64,000 nt of DNA from assembly GCA_963802945.1 (NCBI GenBank), contig CAWDKY010000016.1, positions 160,001 to 224,000 on the forward strand, in the 5' to 3' direction. A program made the position numbers and the translations under genes. Of the stretch, positions 31,226 through 42,294 are shown piece after piece. How positions within the stretch are numbered: position 1 is the first letter of the stretch; the number at the start of each line of letters is the position of its first letter. Below the pieces are notes generated by a model. The model was not told the DNA's origin, did not search any database, and saw nothing but the letters and a program-made list of their open reading frames with translations. This stretch comes from an uncultured delta proteobacterium (GTDB lineage Bacteria; Desulfobacterota; RBG-13-43-22).

Positions 31226-32938
31226 CTAATTGACCATGAATTTAGAAAATAAATAATAATTTCTTACCGACGGATCGAACTCAACTTTAATTTTATTCTC
31301 AGAGGTTTTATGTATTAAATTTTCCCCTCTGATAATAGTTTGTTTCTGGTTTAAATCAAACAGAGAATTTCCCAACCAATTTTTACCTTCCTGGATATTG
31401 AGCAGATGAGCAATAGTAGGTGCGATATCGACATGAGAACCAATGGTGTCATTTGTTTTTGGTGACAAATTCTTATGACAGATCAACAAAGGGATACATT
31501 CATCTATAGACGGGTCATTAAAGGCTCTTGATTTATGGTCAGCAAAAAGAATGATTATGGTATGCTCTATTAGACCAGCCCGGTCTAACCAATGAAATAA
31601 TTCCCCGATAGCCTCATCCACTTCATGTATCACCGAGATATAATTTCTTTCCAAGGTATTATAATCGGTGTTTTCAAAATGGAATAAGGATGGTGTTTCG
31701 GGGTGATAATTTCGAAAAGGCCCATGGCTTTGCACCGTGATCAAATAAGCAAAAAATGGTTTGGGCATCTTTTGGATATATTTCACGGATTGTTTAAAAA
31801 ATTCCTTATCCCACGAGTAAAAACCTTTAGCCTTCCCAGAAAAAGAATCTGCTGAATAAAAGTTATCGAAACCGAGTTTTTTAAATCCCGTTTCTCTGGA
31901 AAAAATATTTCCGTAATTGGCATGAAACCCGGCGGTTGAATAGCCGTGCCGTTTAAGGACATGGGCCAGGGATTCTACCTTACCGGGTACAATCGTTTGA
32001 AAACTGGGGTGATCACTAATGGGCAGTAAACTGGTAAGAGTCGATAATTCCGCATCCGAAGAACCACCGCCATAATGTTGAGAGTAAAAATGTTCAAAAA
32101 ATATGGAATGTTTTTTCAGGTTATTCAGAAATGGGGTGATTTCAATATTATTTATTTTTTTGTTCATAACTAACTTTTCTAGGGATTCTATTTGAATAAT
32201 AATAATATTGGAACCTTTCAATAAGGATGAGGGCAAAGTTGCTAAGGCGATTTTTTTGGAAATTTTTCCCGGGTAGGGAATAGCCGCCTCTTCTTTGAAA
32301 AAGTGATCACGAATACCCTTATAAGCCAGCCCAGCGGCAGTCCAGGTTATTCCATAGGCTCGGATAGCATCAGTGGAATGAAAATCAATTCGTTTGGCCG
32401 GACTCTCAATAATGAACTGAGAGCTGATATAGCTTGTATAAACTAACAATAGGCCGATAGCCACATATCTTACTGTTAGATTTTTAAAATGGTTAAGCTC
32501 TATTTTTTTGATAAACAAAAAGGACAAAATGATGACTATTGGCCAAAAGGCAATTAACCAATAATCCAGAGGTTGGAGCAATTGATAAAGAATCTGTTCC
32601 TTTATTATCCATAGTTCACTACTACTTGCAAAGAGGAGGGAAGGTTCAGGGGTGTCCTGGTAGTAATTAAAATAAAGCCTCAGGGCGATAAAGGTAAAAA
32701 AATAAATGGTATTAAAGCCAATAATGAAAAGTATTTTATATATTTTCGATCCGAGTTTTAAAAAGTAAAAATAAAATACTGGAACGATCGAAAACATCAT
32801 AAAGAGCTTTATAGATCGTTTAAGAATACTAAATAAGAGGTTATACCCAGGAGGCAGGATACTATGGAGGGCAATAAAAAAGTTTAGATAAGGTAATAAT
32901 AATAATAAAGATATTAATAAATATAATACGTAAATCAT
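31226..32938 (-). CDS. LTA synthase family / sulfatase-like membrane protein
   Basis: N-terminal TMs, IQIESLE, TPFLN, SSDAE, SHGPF, ADH and SHVDIAPT motifs; AT-rich. Confidence 0.85.
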   Translation of the reverse strand: MIYVLYLLISLLLLLPYLNFFIALHSILPPGYNLLFSILKRSIKLFMMFSIVPVFYFYFLKLGSKIYKILFIIGFNTIYFFTFIALRLYFNYYQDTPEPSLLFASSSELWIIKEQILYQLLQPLDYWLIAFWPIVIILSFLFIKKIELNHFKNLTVRYVAIGLLLVYTSYISSQFIIESPAKRIDFHSTDAIRAYGITWTAAGLAYKGIRDHFFKEEAAIPYPGKISKKIALATLPSSLLKGSNIIIIQIESLEKLVMNKKINNIEITPFLNNLKKHSIFFEHFYSQHYGGGSSDAELSTLTSLLPISDHPSFQTIVPGKVESLAHVLKRHGYSTAGFHANYGNIFSRETGFKKLGFDNFYSADSFSGKAKGFYSWDKEFFKQSVKYIQKMPKPFFAYLITVQSHGPFRNYHPETPSLFHFENTDYNTLERNYISVIHEVDEAIGELFHWLDRAGLIEHTIIILFADHKSRAFNDPSIDECIPLLICHKNLSPKTNDTIGSHVDIAPTIAHLLNIQEGKNWLGNSLFDLNQKQTIIRGENLIHKTSENKIKVEFDPSVRNYYLFSKFMVN

Positions 32939-33382
32939 GCTTTTGATGAATTCCAGTTCAAAGCCAAAGGGCTATTTTATTCAAATAAGTTAAGGACTTC
33001 AAGAAGAAGTCTATAACTTGACAAGGGCCAAATATTTTTCCTGTGTCTTAGAAAGGGACTTATTGCTGAAAGCTATTAGAATATTAGACAGCGAGGGGCT
33101 CACAAAGTTAAAATTAGCTTTTAATAGTTTCTTGTCGGACTCCGCGGCCTCTTGTTCTCGTATAGACCGGATGATTTTATAAGGTTAAATTTTTTAACTT
33201 AACTAAATTTCCTTCTGTCTAAACAAATTAGGTTGGCCTTTTTAAGAAAGACCCTGGGGTCTCCAAAGAAAAATCGAAAGGGGGTAGGCTGTAACCACAG
33301 GAAGATTATACGGTTTTTGGATTTCGAGACAGGGGGAAGCCATTAACGTTAACTTTAAAAAGAACCACGAAAGGAAGAAGAA

Positions 33383-33862
33383 ATGATCAGACAAACTAAA
33401 ATTTTAGTGTTTTTGTTCGCTTTACTTTTAATGAGCGGCAGCGTTTATGCCATGGACCCAGGAGATAGTGGTGCCAAAGAAGGATTTAAGGCCCATCACC
33501 CTAACCTATTGAATCTCACCCCGGAACAAAAAACCAAGCTTCAGGCCTTGTGGAAGAATTTTCGGAAGGAAACGGTGTTTCTACGCAATGACCTTAAGGT
33601 TAAACGGCTGGAGCTTAAAACCTTGTGGACTGTCCCTAACCCGGACAAAGACAAGATCATAGCCAAACAAAATGAACTTAACGACTTGAAAACCAAATTA
33701 CAAATGAAGGTCATCGATTTTCGGCTAGAAGCCAGGAGTTATCTCACCCCGGAGCAGGCCGCCCAGGTTGGGATGTGGGGTCCGAAGATTGGGCACCGGC
33801 GGCATATGGCCGGGAGAATGCGGGCAGGCCATCAGAAAGACCATGGCCATTTTCTAAATTAA
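33383..33862 (+). CDS. Spy/CpxP/ZraP-family periplasmic chaperone
   Basis: Signal peptide and two LTPEQ motifs; His-containing tail. Confidence 0.85.
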   Translation: MIRQTKILVFLFALLLMSGSVYAMDPGDSGAKEGFKAHHPNLLNLTPEQKTKLQALWKNFRKETVFLRNDLKVKRLELKTLWTVPNPDKDKIIAKQNELNDLKTKLQMKVIDFRLEARSYLTPEQAAQVGMWGPKIGHRRHMAGRMRAGHQKDHGHFLN

Positions 33863-34073
33863 CCCCCAATTCGTTCTTAACCCTTATATAAAAATATGGG
33901 GTAGAAGGCATCATCCTGTGTTTCGGGGAGAGGATTAGGGTTCCTAAGCGACAGAGCATCTTTTAATTGAAAGGGAGCTCTTATAAAAGAGTTCCCATAA
34001 AACAACTTGATTAAAAGGACCTTGGCCATTTTTTAAGAGAGAAGTCATTTCCGCCTCTCCCCAGGAGGAGAAA

Positions 34074-35662
34074 ATGGTCACTATTTTACATACCGAATGG
34101 TCCAGAGGATGGGACGGCCAGGAGATTGAAAATGGTGTCTATAATGACATTAAACGCAAAAAACGTTTTAAAAATAGTTTCCATGCTTTTCAACAGGTCG
34201 AAAAACAGAAGGAAGGGATTAAAAAGCTTCTTAAAAAGGGGAAACAGGATTTGGCGTTGCGATTTACTAAAGAGCTTATTGTCAGCCAACGTCACAATGG
34301 TGGACCTAAACATATAGCCAAATCTCTATGTGATCTTGCACAATTTGCTAAGGGATTGGGTAACCAAGAACTCCAGCTAGAATTTGCTTCAATGGCAGTT
34401 ACAGAAGCCCCTGGCGACGCTTGGTCATATGCAACCCTTGGGGACGCCTTCCGGTCCCTTACTGAGTTCCAACAATCTCTAGATATGTATCATACTGCAG
34501 AGGTGCTTGGAAATGTTTGTGTAGCATTATGCGGGCGTGCGGAGGTATTGAAGGACCTCGGGAAGATAGAAGAATCCCTTCAAATTTATGAGCAATGTAT
34601 TCGGGAATTTCCTACTGATCTTGTTCCCCGCAATGGTTGGGCAGACTGCCTTGGCGTATAATGGCAAACTCCAACAAGCATTGGACGCTTACGACGAAAT
34701 ATTACGAGAAACAACTTTTAATTTAGTTACTAATAGTGGTCGTGCCCAAGTACTTCGAGATATGGGACGACTCGATGAAGCCCTCAAAGAATTTAGTGAA
34801 CTTGCCAAGAGTCACCCTGAGGGTTTATTTCAGCAGTCTGCGCGTGCAGAAGTTCTCCGGGAGCTTGGCAAGTTAGAGAAGGCTGAGGAAGCTCTAGTTA
34901 TTATGATCGAGCATTTTCCTTTGGCTTCAGGACCACGAAATTTATATGCAAAATTGCTCCGAGATTTAGGACGTTTTTATGAAGCGTTAAACGAGTATAA
35001 TAAAACGATCATGAAATTCCCTTTGAACCCTTGGGCATACGTTGGCGTTGCCGAAACTTATAAGAAGACAGGAAGACTCCAGGAGGCACTGGATGCCTAT
35101 GAACAAGCTGTGAATCATTTTCCTCGTTCTGTAACTGCTCGAAATGGTAAGGCATCTGTTTTAGTAGCTATGGGGAATTACTTAACCGCCTTAAAAATTC
35201 TCCCTACTAACTTACCAGCAACTCAGAGTGAATGGGTTGCTTATCATATTCGGGGTATGGCCCAACTGCGTTCTGGTAAATTGGAATCGGCAGAGGAAAT
35301 TTTCGAATGGGGAGCAAGAGAGAGAGAATCCTTGGGTATTTCAACGTGCCTTCTTTAAAACAGCTCTTGCGAGCCTCCGCATTCAGCAAAAACGATATCC
35401 AGAGGTGTTCCCCCTTGTTCGGGAATTAATTCATCCATCTATTGAACCAATTACTCATACACTCATTATGCACGCCTCTGGTGAATTAGGTGATACACCT
35501 CGGTTCATCCAATCTTATAAATCTATTCGAAATACATCAGCACCTGTTGTTATAGAACTACGCAGAGCATTAGCAGAACGTTACAGGCAACAAACTACTT
35601 TTACCCCACCAGATAGTTGGTTCTTTCTTCATGAGTGTGACTCGTTACTTCTTGCTGCTTAG
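34074..35662 (+). pseudogene. TPR-repeat protein in three frames, fused to an 18-aa glycosyltransferase family 4 N-terminus
   Basis: MVTILHTEWSRGWDGQEI is GT4-like; continuous TPR motifs (GRAEVLKDLG, GRAQVLRDMG, ARAEVLRELG) across frameshifts near 34640 and 35320. Confidence 0.65.
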
Positions 35663-35735
35663 TTGTTCTATCTAAAACGCCCTGATGGATGATGGATGCT
35701 GGCCCTTAGCGCCTCTCCTTTCTCCTTGATCAATC

Positions 35736-35768
35736 AAAAGCAGGACCATCACTGGCCCTGCCTTTTTT
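35736..35768 (+). terminator. Probable intrinsic terminator
   Basis: AAAAGCAGGACCA-TCAC-TGGCCCTGCC-TTTTTT stem-loop with T-tract. Confidence 0.5.
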
Positions 35769-36338
35769 ATGCACATTTCAACCAGTAATCGTTAATTTTT
35801 GGAACGATCGTTTTAGAATAGTTATAGGTGAAGTCGAGAAAAATGGATTGAAGAGGCAAGTTACGTGGGAACTTGAAGACTTCTTCCTCAAACTTCAATT
35901 CTTGAAAAAACAGAAGAGTCAAACGGTAATCGTTATCCAGTCGGCAAGAGATTTAAACCATCGGCAACCCACCCAGAGACCCCAACCCTATTGAACTTCA
36001 GATAGACTCCTTGGGTTCCCAACTTTTTTACAATGAGGAAGTCTTAGACCAGGACTCTGCGGTTTCTGCAGATCACTCCACCGTTTAAGATAGGGGATGA
36101 TCGGGACATATTGGTAAAAATATTATCTCTTTTAAACGAACTTATTAGCCCAAAGAGAGACTTCCTTACAACTCAAAATCTATTATAGTCTCTTTCAAAT
36201 GGATTGAAGAGATGTGCCTGGAGATTGAGGGCGGCTGGCGTCACCCCGACGTATGGGGTGCTGAGTGGACCGCAGAGATATCGCCAAAGCAGGCTTCGGT
36301 GTCCGCGTAAACATCGAAGATCCTCCCCGACGAAAAAA

Positions 36339-37136
36339 TTAGACCCTTTTGGACTCGGAAATTTTCTCCTCCACTCTTTCCCCCTCAGCCGATTTCTTTA
36401 AAACAAAAAACATATCCTCCCCAAGGGACTCAAGGGGAAGCCCGAGGGACACCGCTATTGCCCGCATCTTATTCGCGTGCTCGGGCGGCATGATGTTCCA
36501 GACGTCTTTCGTATAAAACGTTTCAACGATGAATCCGGCGGTACTAAAAAATGCCGACAACTCCCCATAGGTGAACTCCCTGACGTGGGGTCGATACATC
36601 ATGGGCGGTTCGCCATGAAGGGCGCAATTAGCGGCCAATAAGCTCGCCCCGTTCGGCGTGGTCAAGATCATCGCCCCTCCGTGCTTCAGGATCCGGTAGC
36701 ATTCACGGATATTACACAGAACCCCGCTATTATTGAAAAGGGCCACCTGCAATTCCTCCTCCTGTGAGTTGCCGTCGAATTTAAGCGGGGGAGGGTCCTG
36801 GTCTTTTAGATGCTCCAGGACCTCACCGCTTACGATGAGGTCAAAGCGGTTGTCCGCCAGGTAGGGGAGTGGATATCGCAGATCGCTAATGGTATTCGTG
36901 ACCCTATGCCCAGGGAGAAATTTTCGGAGCGCCCAAGTGAAGATACACGATCCCCCCATCTCGCAGATTTCCCATCCCAAATGGGCAGATTGGAAGACCA
37001 GCTCAAGCGTTTCCAAGAACCTGGTTTTGTGACTCTTTATATAATTCGCGTCACTGTCACTGACCCGGGCGATCGCTTGGTCCAGATACAATTCCACATC
37101 GGCTCTGTTCATCTTAAACAAATTTTCGGTTTGCAT
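36339..37136 (-). CDS. Class I SAM-dependent methyltransferase
   Basis: ICEMGG, FDLIVSGEVLEHL, LTTPN and HVREFT motifs; start MQTENLF after an AGGAGAG RBS. Confidence 0.75.
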   Translation of the reverse strand: MQTENLFKMNRADVELYLDQAIARVSDSDANYIKSHKTRFLETLELVFQSAHLGWEICEMGGSCIFTWALRKFLPGHRVTNTISDLRYPLPYLADNRFDLIVSGEVLEHLKDQDPPPLKFDGNSQEEELQVALFNNSGVLCNIRECYRILKHGGAMILTTPNGASLLAANCALHGEPPMMYRPHVREFTYGELSAFFSTAGFIVETFYTKDVWNIMPPEHANKMRAIAVSLGLPLESLGEDMFFVLKKSAEGERVEEKISESKRV

Positions 37137-37619
37137 ATTCTCTCTCCTCTTAGTGGGAAATCTACCATATCCATGATCTACAGTAAAGTCTCCCGGGGGC
37201 CTTATCAAAAAGAAAATCCAGGATGCCCTTGATTCCCTTTCCATTTATGGAAATACTCTCCAAGCCGCCTCATCTGATCCAGGGGCGGATTAAATATTTC
37301 AAATTGTACTCGTTAATTTTTGGGACTATAGTTTTTGAGGACTTGCAGGTGAAAGCGAAAAATTCAAAGGCAGTGAATCAGATTTATAATATTTCGAGGA
37401 GTAGGTGACTTTTTTGGATAATCTTAATTTGATTTGTTGTCATCCTCGCAATAAAATTCCCCCAATAGTTATCGGCGATCCTGTTTATCAGGGGGACCTT
37501 AAGGCCCCTTTGCCTTCCCCTTTACAAACAAAAAAATGGTTGCGCATAGGTTGCAAATCGCAGTAATGTTGCCGTAATCTTGATTAAGTTACTATTAATA
37601 AAATTAAAAATTGCGCCTG

Positions 37620-39323
37620 TTACCTAATATAGGCTTCGGTCACGTAACGGCGCATCATTCGGTGGGTGTTGAAGTAATAAGCGTTTTTTCCGATGGCATT
37701 TTGCATCATCCTGAGCCAGATCCCTTTTTCCTCATAAAAGGTGGGGATGATGAGCTGTTCGAGTTTGAGGTAAAGATCCTGCGCATCCCGGGGATCATTG
37801 CCGTCCTCCAATTTGGTATCCGTCGGACTTGGTCCGATGGCCCAGCCGGTATATCCTTCAATATGACCCTCTATCCACCAGCCGTCCAGGACACTGAAAT
37901 TCAATACACCGTTATGGGCCGCTTTCATCCCGCTGGTGCCCGAAGCCTCCCGGGGTCGAAGCGGGGTATTAAGCCAGACATCCACACCGGAAACCAGTTT
38001 CAAGGCCAGGTCCATATCATAATTAGGAAGATAGACCATATTGATTTGGCCTTTCAGCTTTTCCTTAAACTGAAAAATTCTTTCGATCAGGGCCTTGCCC
38101 GGCTGATCATTGGGGTGGGCCTTGCCGGCATAGATGATTTGAAGCTTGCCCGCCCCAATGGCCTTTAATCGTTCCAGATCACTGAATAAAAGATCGGCCC
38201 TTTTGTAGGCTGTCGCCCGTCGGGCAAAGCCCAAAGTCAATAGGTCGGGCTTCATCTCCACACCGGTAGTCTCTCGAACATAATGGAATAATATCTTTTT
38301 GGCTTCCATATGGGCTTCCCAAATTTCTTCATCCGGTATCCTGCTCGACACGGACAAAAAATTCAGGCTCATTGGCCCATCCGGGCAGATACTTGTCATA
38401 AAGCTTTTTGAAACCTTCACAGGTCCAGGTATAGGAATGAACCCCATTGGTGATGGCGCTTATTTTGTATCCGGGAAACATAGTTCTGGAAACCTCCACG
38501 TGTTTTTTGGCCACCCCGTTAACAAATTCACTCAAGTTGAGGGCCAGCAGGGTCATGTTCAGGACCTCCTGACCGGCCAGCCCTTTAAGCACATCAAAGG
38601 GAACGGGCTCGCCCAAAATCTGCCGGACTAAGTCATAGGAAAACCGATCGTGCCCGGCTTCCACCGGGGTATGGGTGGTAAAAACACAAAGATCTTTGAC
38701 CCGGTCTATATCCCAGACCAGTTTCTCATCCCAAACCTCTTCAATAGGTTTTTTAAAAGTTTGCAGAAGTTCAAGGGTTAAAAGGCTGGCGTGACCTTCA
38801 TTGAGATGATATTTCTTTATTTCAAAGCCCAGTTTTTTCAGCATGTCGCGCCCCGCCTATGCCCAGGACGATTTCCTGCTTTAACCGGTAAGCCAGGTCT
38901 TTCCCATAAAGAAAAGAGGTGATATCCCGATCTTCGGGGGCATTTCCCTGTAGGTCGGTGTCGAGAAAGAAAATCGGGATCTGTCCCCCGGTAAAACTTT
39001 TTACGGTGTAATGCCAAGCTTTGAACCAAAACCTTCCGGCCTTCAATTTCCACTGAGATCTTGGGGGAAAGCCGGGTCATAAATTTGGCCGGCTCCCAAA
39101 AGACCGGGTGTTCGGTTTGCCTGCCTTTTTCATCGAGTTCTTGACGGAAGTATCCTTTTTTACTCAGCAAGGTAACCGCCACCATGGGGAGGTTAAGGTC
39201 GGCCCCGGATTTTATGGTATCCCCGGCCAGGACACCCAGACCACCGCTGTAGGTTGGGATACTGCTTTGAATGCCTATTTCCATGGAGAAGTAAGCGATC
39301 ATGGGTTCTTTGGTCAGTTCCAT
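37620..39323 (-). CDS. glgP: Alpha-glucan phosphorylase, split by frameshifts (probably assembly indels)
   Basis: [50 protein letters not shown] and EASGTSGMK motifs spread over four ORF pieces. Confidence 0.92.
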
Positions 39324-39463
39324 TAATAAAACGGCTTCAGGATTCATGGATTTCCCTTTACGAGTGGTATCTTTTAAAAAAATAGGTCAAAATTATGTAA
39401 CACAATGACAATTTGGATTAAAATTGATAATATTGTCAAGTGATTATTTATTGCATTATTTTC

Positions 39464-39492
39464 TTGCCAATAGCGGTCAAATCGGCTATAAA
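39464..39492 (+). promoter_or_regulatory. Sigma70-like promoter upstream of the bS22-like gene
   Basis: TTGCCA-17 nt-TATAAA. Confidence 0.4.
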
Positions 39493-39540
39493 CTTTTATT
39501 TTAATTTCTTGCTTCAGAAATTTTTCAAGAGGGGAACTGG

Positions 39541-39639
39541 ATGGGTAGCGTAGTCAAAAAAAGACGGAAAAAAATGAGGAAGCACAAACACAAAAAGTTG
39601 ATGAGAAAAACCCGTCATCAGCGTAAGAAGAGGGGTTAA
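39541..39639 (+). CDS. Small basic protein, AURKAIP1/COX24 (ribosomal bS22/mS38-like) family
   Basis: MGSVVKKRRKKMRKHKHKKLMRKTRHQRKKRG; GAGGGG RBS; too short for the ORF track. Confidence 0.9.
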   Translation: MGSVVKKRRKKMRKHKHKKLMRKTRHQRKKRG

Positions 39640-39741
39640 CCGCCCTCAATTGTCAGAAGGGCATCGTTACCAATCGTCCAGGCGTTTTCGATTTGGATTG
39701 TACCTGCCGATAAAAAAGAAAAGTTTTCCATTCTCCAAATC

Positions 39742-39772
39742 CAGGCCATCCCTTCGGGTATGGCCTGTTTTT
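39742..39772 (+). terminator. Intrinsic terminator
   Basis: CAGGCCATCCC-TTC-GGGTATGGCCTG-TTTTT. Confidence 0.65.
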
Positions 39773-39802
39773 ATTGGTGAGGGGGATTTTTGATCAACTC
39801 AG

Positions 39803-40603
39803 ATGGCCATCAATAAAAAACCTATCATTTTGACCATTGCCGGATCGGATCCCAGCGGGGGTGCGGGTATCCAGGCCGACTTGAAGGTCATTGCTTTATT
39901 AGGAGGATATGGAACATCAGTCATAACAGCCCTGACGGCCCAAAACACTTTGGAGATTCAAGGAGTCCTTCCTGTTCCGCCGTCTTTTGTTAAAAAACAA
40001 CTTCAGTCAGTCTTTTCCGATATTGATGTGGGTGCCGTTAAAACAGGAATGTTGGTCCAGTCCGAGGTCATTTCTCTGGTGGCCCAAACGATGAATAATT
40101 ATAAGGTAAAAAAACTGGTTGTTGATCCGGTCATGGTCTCCGGAAGCGGGCATTCGTTATTAGAGGGGAAAGCTGTTCAGATCCTCAAAGGTGAGCTTTT
40201 CCCAATAGCCGGTTTGGTTACCCCTAATCTCTCCGAGGCCTCTGTCTTATCCGGCCTTTCGGTTCAGACCCTGGCCGACATGAAAAGGGCAGCTAGGGTC
40301 ATTAAAGAAAAGATCAGGGGGAATGTGTTAATCAAGGGAGGGCATTTGTCCGGGGCGGCGGTTGATCTCTTTTTTGATGGGATATCTTTCCAAAAATTTT
40401 CCGGCCCCCGTATCCGGATCCGGAATACTCATGGAACCGGATGCACCTTTTCGGCCGCTATTGCCTTTTTCTGGGGTCAAGGTCTTTCCTTGAGGAATGC
40501 CCTTGGAAAAGCGAAAGAATTTATCACTGAGGCCATTGCCGGGGCCCAACCGATCGGCCATGGAATGTGGCCGACCGATCCCCATGCCTGGTTTCAAAAT
40601 TGA
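39803..40603 (+). CDS. thiD: Hydroxymethylpyrimidine/phosphomethylpyrimidine kinase
   Basis: IAGSDPSGGAGIQADLK, TAQNT, DPVM, KGGH and THGTGCT motifs. Confidence 0.96.
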   Translation: MAINKKPIILTIAGSDPSGGAGIQADLKVIALLGGYGTSVITALTAQNTLEIQGVLPVPPSFVKKQLQSVFSDIDVGAVKTGMLVQSEVISLVAQTMNNYKVKKLVVDPVMVSGSGHSLLEGKAVQILKGELFPIAGLVTPNLSEASVLSGLSVQTLADMKRAARVIKEKIRGNVLIKGGHLSGAAVDLFFDGISFQKFSGPRIRIRNTHGTGCTFSAAIAFFWGQGLSLRNALGKAKEFITEAIAGAQPIGHGMWPTDPHAWFQN

Positions 40604-40826
40604 TGAATTTCTAAAAAGTCATTAAATGGGACGGCACAGCGGAGGGACTTTTAGGAAGCCGTCAAAATTGATTAACATGTAAAAAGTCGTTACCCCGGCG
40701 AAAGCCGGGGTCCAGGAGAATTTTAATTGTTTTAACATACTAGATTCCGGCTGGAGTCTATCCCGCACTTGATGCGGGACCGGAATGACGTATTTTGGTT
40801 TTGGCGACTTTTTACGAAGCCGTCAA
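40600..40826. mobile_element. Two tandem MITEs of the TTGA...AAAAAGTC / GACTTTT...GTCAA family, the second carrying REP-like palindromes
   Basis: Copies at 40600-40665 and 40668-40826 with matching ends; internal CCCCGGCGAAAGCCGGGG and GGAATGAC. Confidence 0.7.
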
Positions 40827-40843
40827 AATTAAGGAGTATTGCT

Positions 40844-42130
40844 TTGACACAGATTGAATCAGCCAGAAAAGGGGATTTAACCCCAGAGATGAAGCAGGTG
40901 GCCCGAGTGGAAGGGCTTGATCCTGATCAGATCCTAAAAGGAGTGGCCAAAGGGACGATTATTGTCCCGGCCAACTCCGAGAGAAAGAAGGCCCGACCCG
41001 TGGGCATCGGTCAGGGATTGACCATAAAGGTCAACGCCAATATTGGGACCTCATCTGATCAGATAGACCTGGATCAGGAACTCCTCAAACTGAAAATTTG
41101 CGATGAGGCCAAGGCCGATACGGTCATGGATCTCAGTACCGGAGGCGATCTTAAAGAGATTCTCCAGACACTGATCGCCCATTCCCCCTTACCCTTGGGC
41201 ACGGTCCCGATCTATCAGGCGGCGGTTGAAACGGTACGGGAAAAAGGAGGGATAATCCATCTGACCGCTGATAAAATTTTCAAGGTGATTGAAAGTCAGG
41301 CCCGGGCCGGGGTAGATTTTGTCACTGTTCATTGCGGGGTCACCCTTAATTCCATAGAACGCTTGCAACGGCAAGGCCGGATCACCGATATCGTCAGCCG
41401 TGGCGGGGCCTTTCTGGCCACCTGGATGGTTTATCATGCGAAAGAAAATCCCCTTTACGAACAATATGACCGGTTAGTTGAATTAGCCCGGAAATACGAT
41501 CTGACCTTGAGCCTTGGAGACGGCCTGCGTCCCGGCTGCCTTCTTGATGCCACCGACCGGGCTCAGGTGCAGGAGCTGATTACTTTAGGTGAATTACGGG
41601 AAAAGGCCCTTGAAGAGGGAGTACAGGTCATGATCGAAGGGCCGGGGCATGTGCCGCTCAATCAGATCGAGGCCAATATCCTGCTTGAGAAACAGCTCTG
41701 TCGGGGAGCACCTTTTTATGTACTCGGTCCCCTGGTCACCGATATTGCCGCCGGGCACGACCATATTGCCTGTGCCATCGGGGGTGCTTTGGCCGGTATG
41801 GCCGGGGCCGATTTCCTTTGTTATGTAACCCCCTCAGAACATCTGAAACTCCCCTCCCCGGAAGATGTGCGGGAAGGGATCATCGCCACCCGAATAGCGG
41901 CCCATGCCGCCGATCTGACCCGGGGAAGCAAGCAGGCCTGGGAACAGGACCGGCAAATGGCCATGGCCCGTAAGTCGCTAAACTGGGAAAAGCAGATGGG
42001 CCTCTGTCTTGATCCGGAAAATGCCCGTAAAATAAGGGCCGAAAGTAGTCCTATGGAATCCGAGGTCTGTACCATGTGCGGGGAATTCTGCGCCATCAAA
42101 TTGATTCGTGATTTTTTGAAAAAGAAATAG
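40844..42130 (+). CDS. thiC: Phosphomethylpyrimidine synthase
   Basis: KVNANIG, DTVMDLS, SLGDGLRPG, EGPGH and CTMCGEFC motifs; TTG start after AAGGAG. Confidence 0.95.
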   Translation: MTQIESARKGDLTPEMKQVARVEGLDPDQILKGVAKGTIIVPANSERKKARPVGIGQGLTIKVNANIGTSSDQIDLDQELLKLKICDEAKADTVMDLSTGGDLKEILQTLIAHSPLPLGTVPIYQAAVETVREKGGIIHLTADKIFKVIESQARAGVDFVTVHCGVTLNSIERLQRQGRITDIVSRGGAFLATWMVYHAKENPLYEQYDRLVELARKYDLTLSLGDGLRPGCLLDATDRAQVQELITLGELREKALEEGVQVMIEGPGHVPLNQIEANILLEKQLCRGAPFYVLGPLVTDIAAGHDHIACAIGGALAGMAGADFLCYVTPSEHLKLPSPEDVREGIIATRIAAHAADLTRGSKQAWEQDRQMAMARKSLNWEKQMGLCLDPENARKIRAESSPMESEVCTMCGEFCAIKLIRDFLKKK

Positions 42131-42187
42131 GATCTCTTTTTAATAAACCGCTATACCAGTTTGCAGAGGTTGCCTAAGAAAATAGAT

Positions 42188-42278
42188 TATTGAATGTCGA
42201 ATAACGAATGATGAATGTATAGGTTAGGCAAAAACAAATCCATTCATGATTCGAAATTCGATGTTCGAAATTCAATAT
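42188..42278 (+). repeat. Heptamer tandem-repeat hairpin (NNGAATR family)
   Basis: TTGAATG TCGAATA ACGAATG ATGAATG ... TTCATGA TTCGAAA TTCGATG TTCGAAA TTCAATA. Confidence 0.8.
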
Positions 42279-42294
42279 TAGTCTTTTGTTAAAA

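Noticed and set aside
36200-36335. GC-rich fragment reading DVWGAEWT...GFGV as a gene relic
   Set aside because: Too short, and needs a frameshift; cannot be assigned without a search.
39640-40843. TPP riboswitch upstream of thiD or thiC
   Set aside because: No CTGAGA/ACCTG core is visible; the spacers hold a terminator and MITEs.
40769-40843. Longer thiC N-terminus from the ORF track
   Set aside because: It runs through MITE sequence; the TTG at 40844 has an RBS and matches the usual ThiC start.
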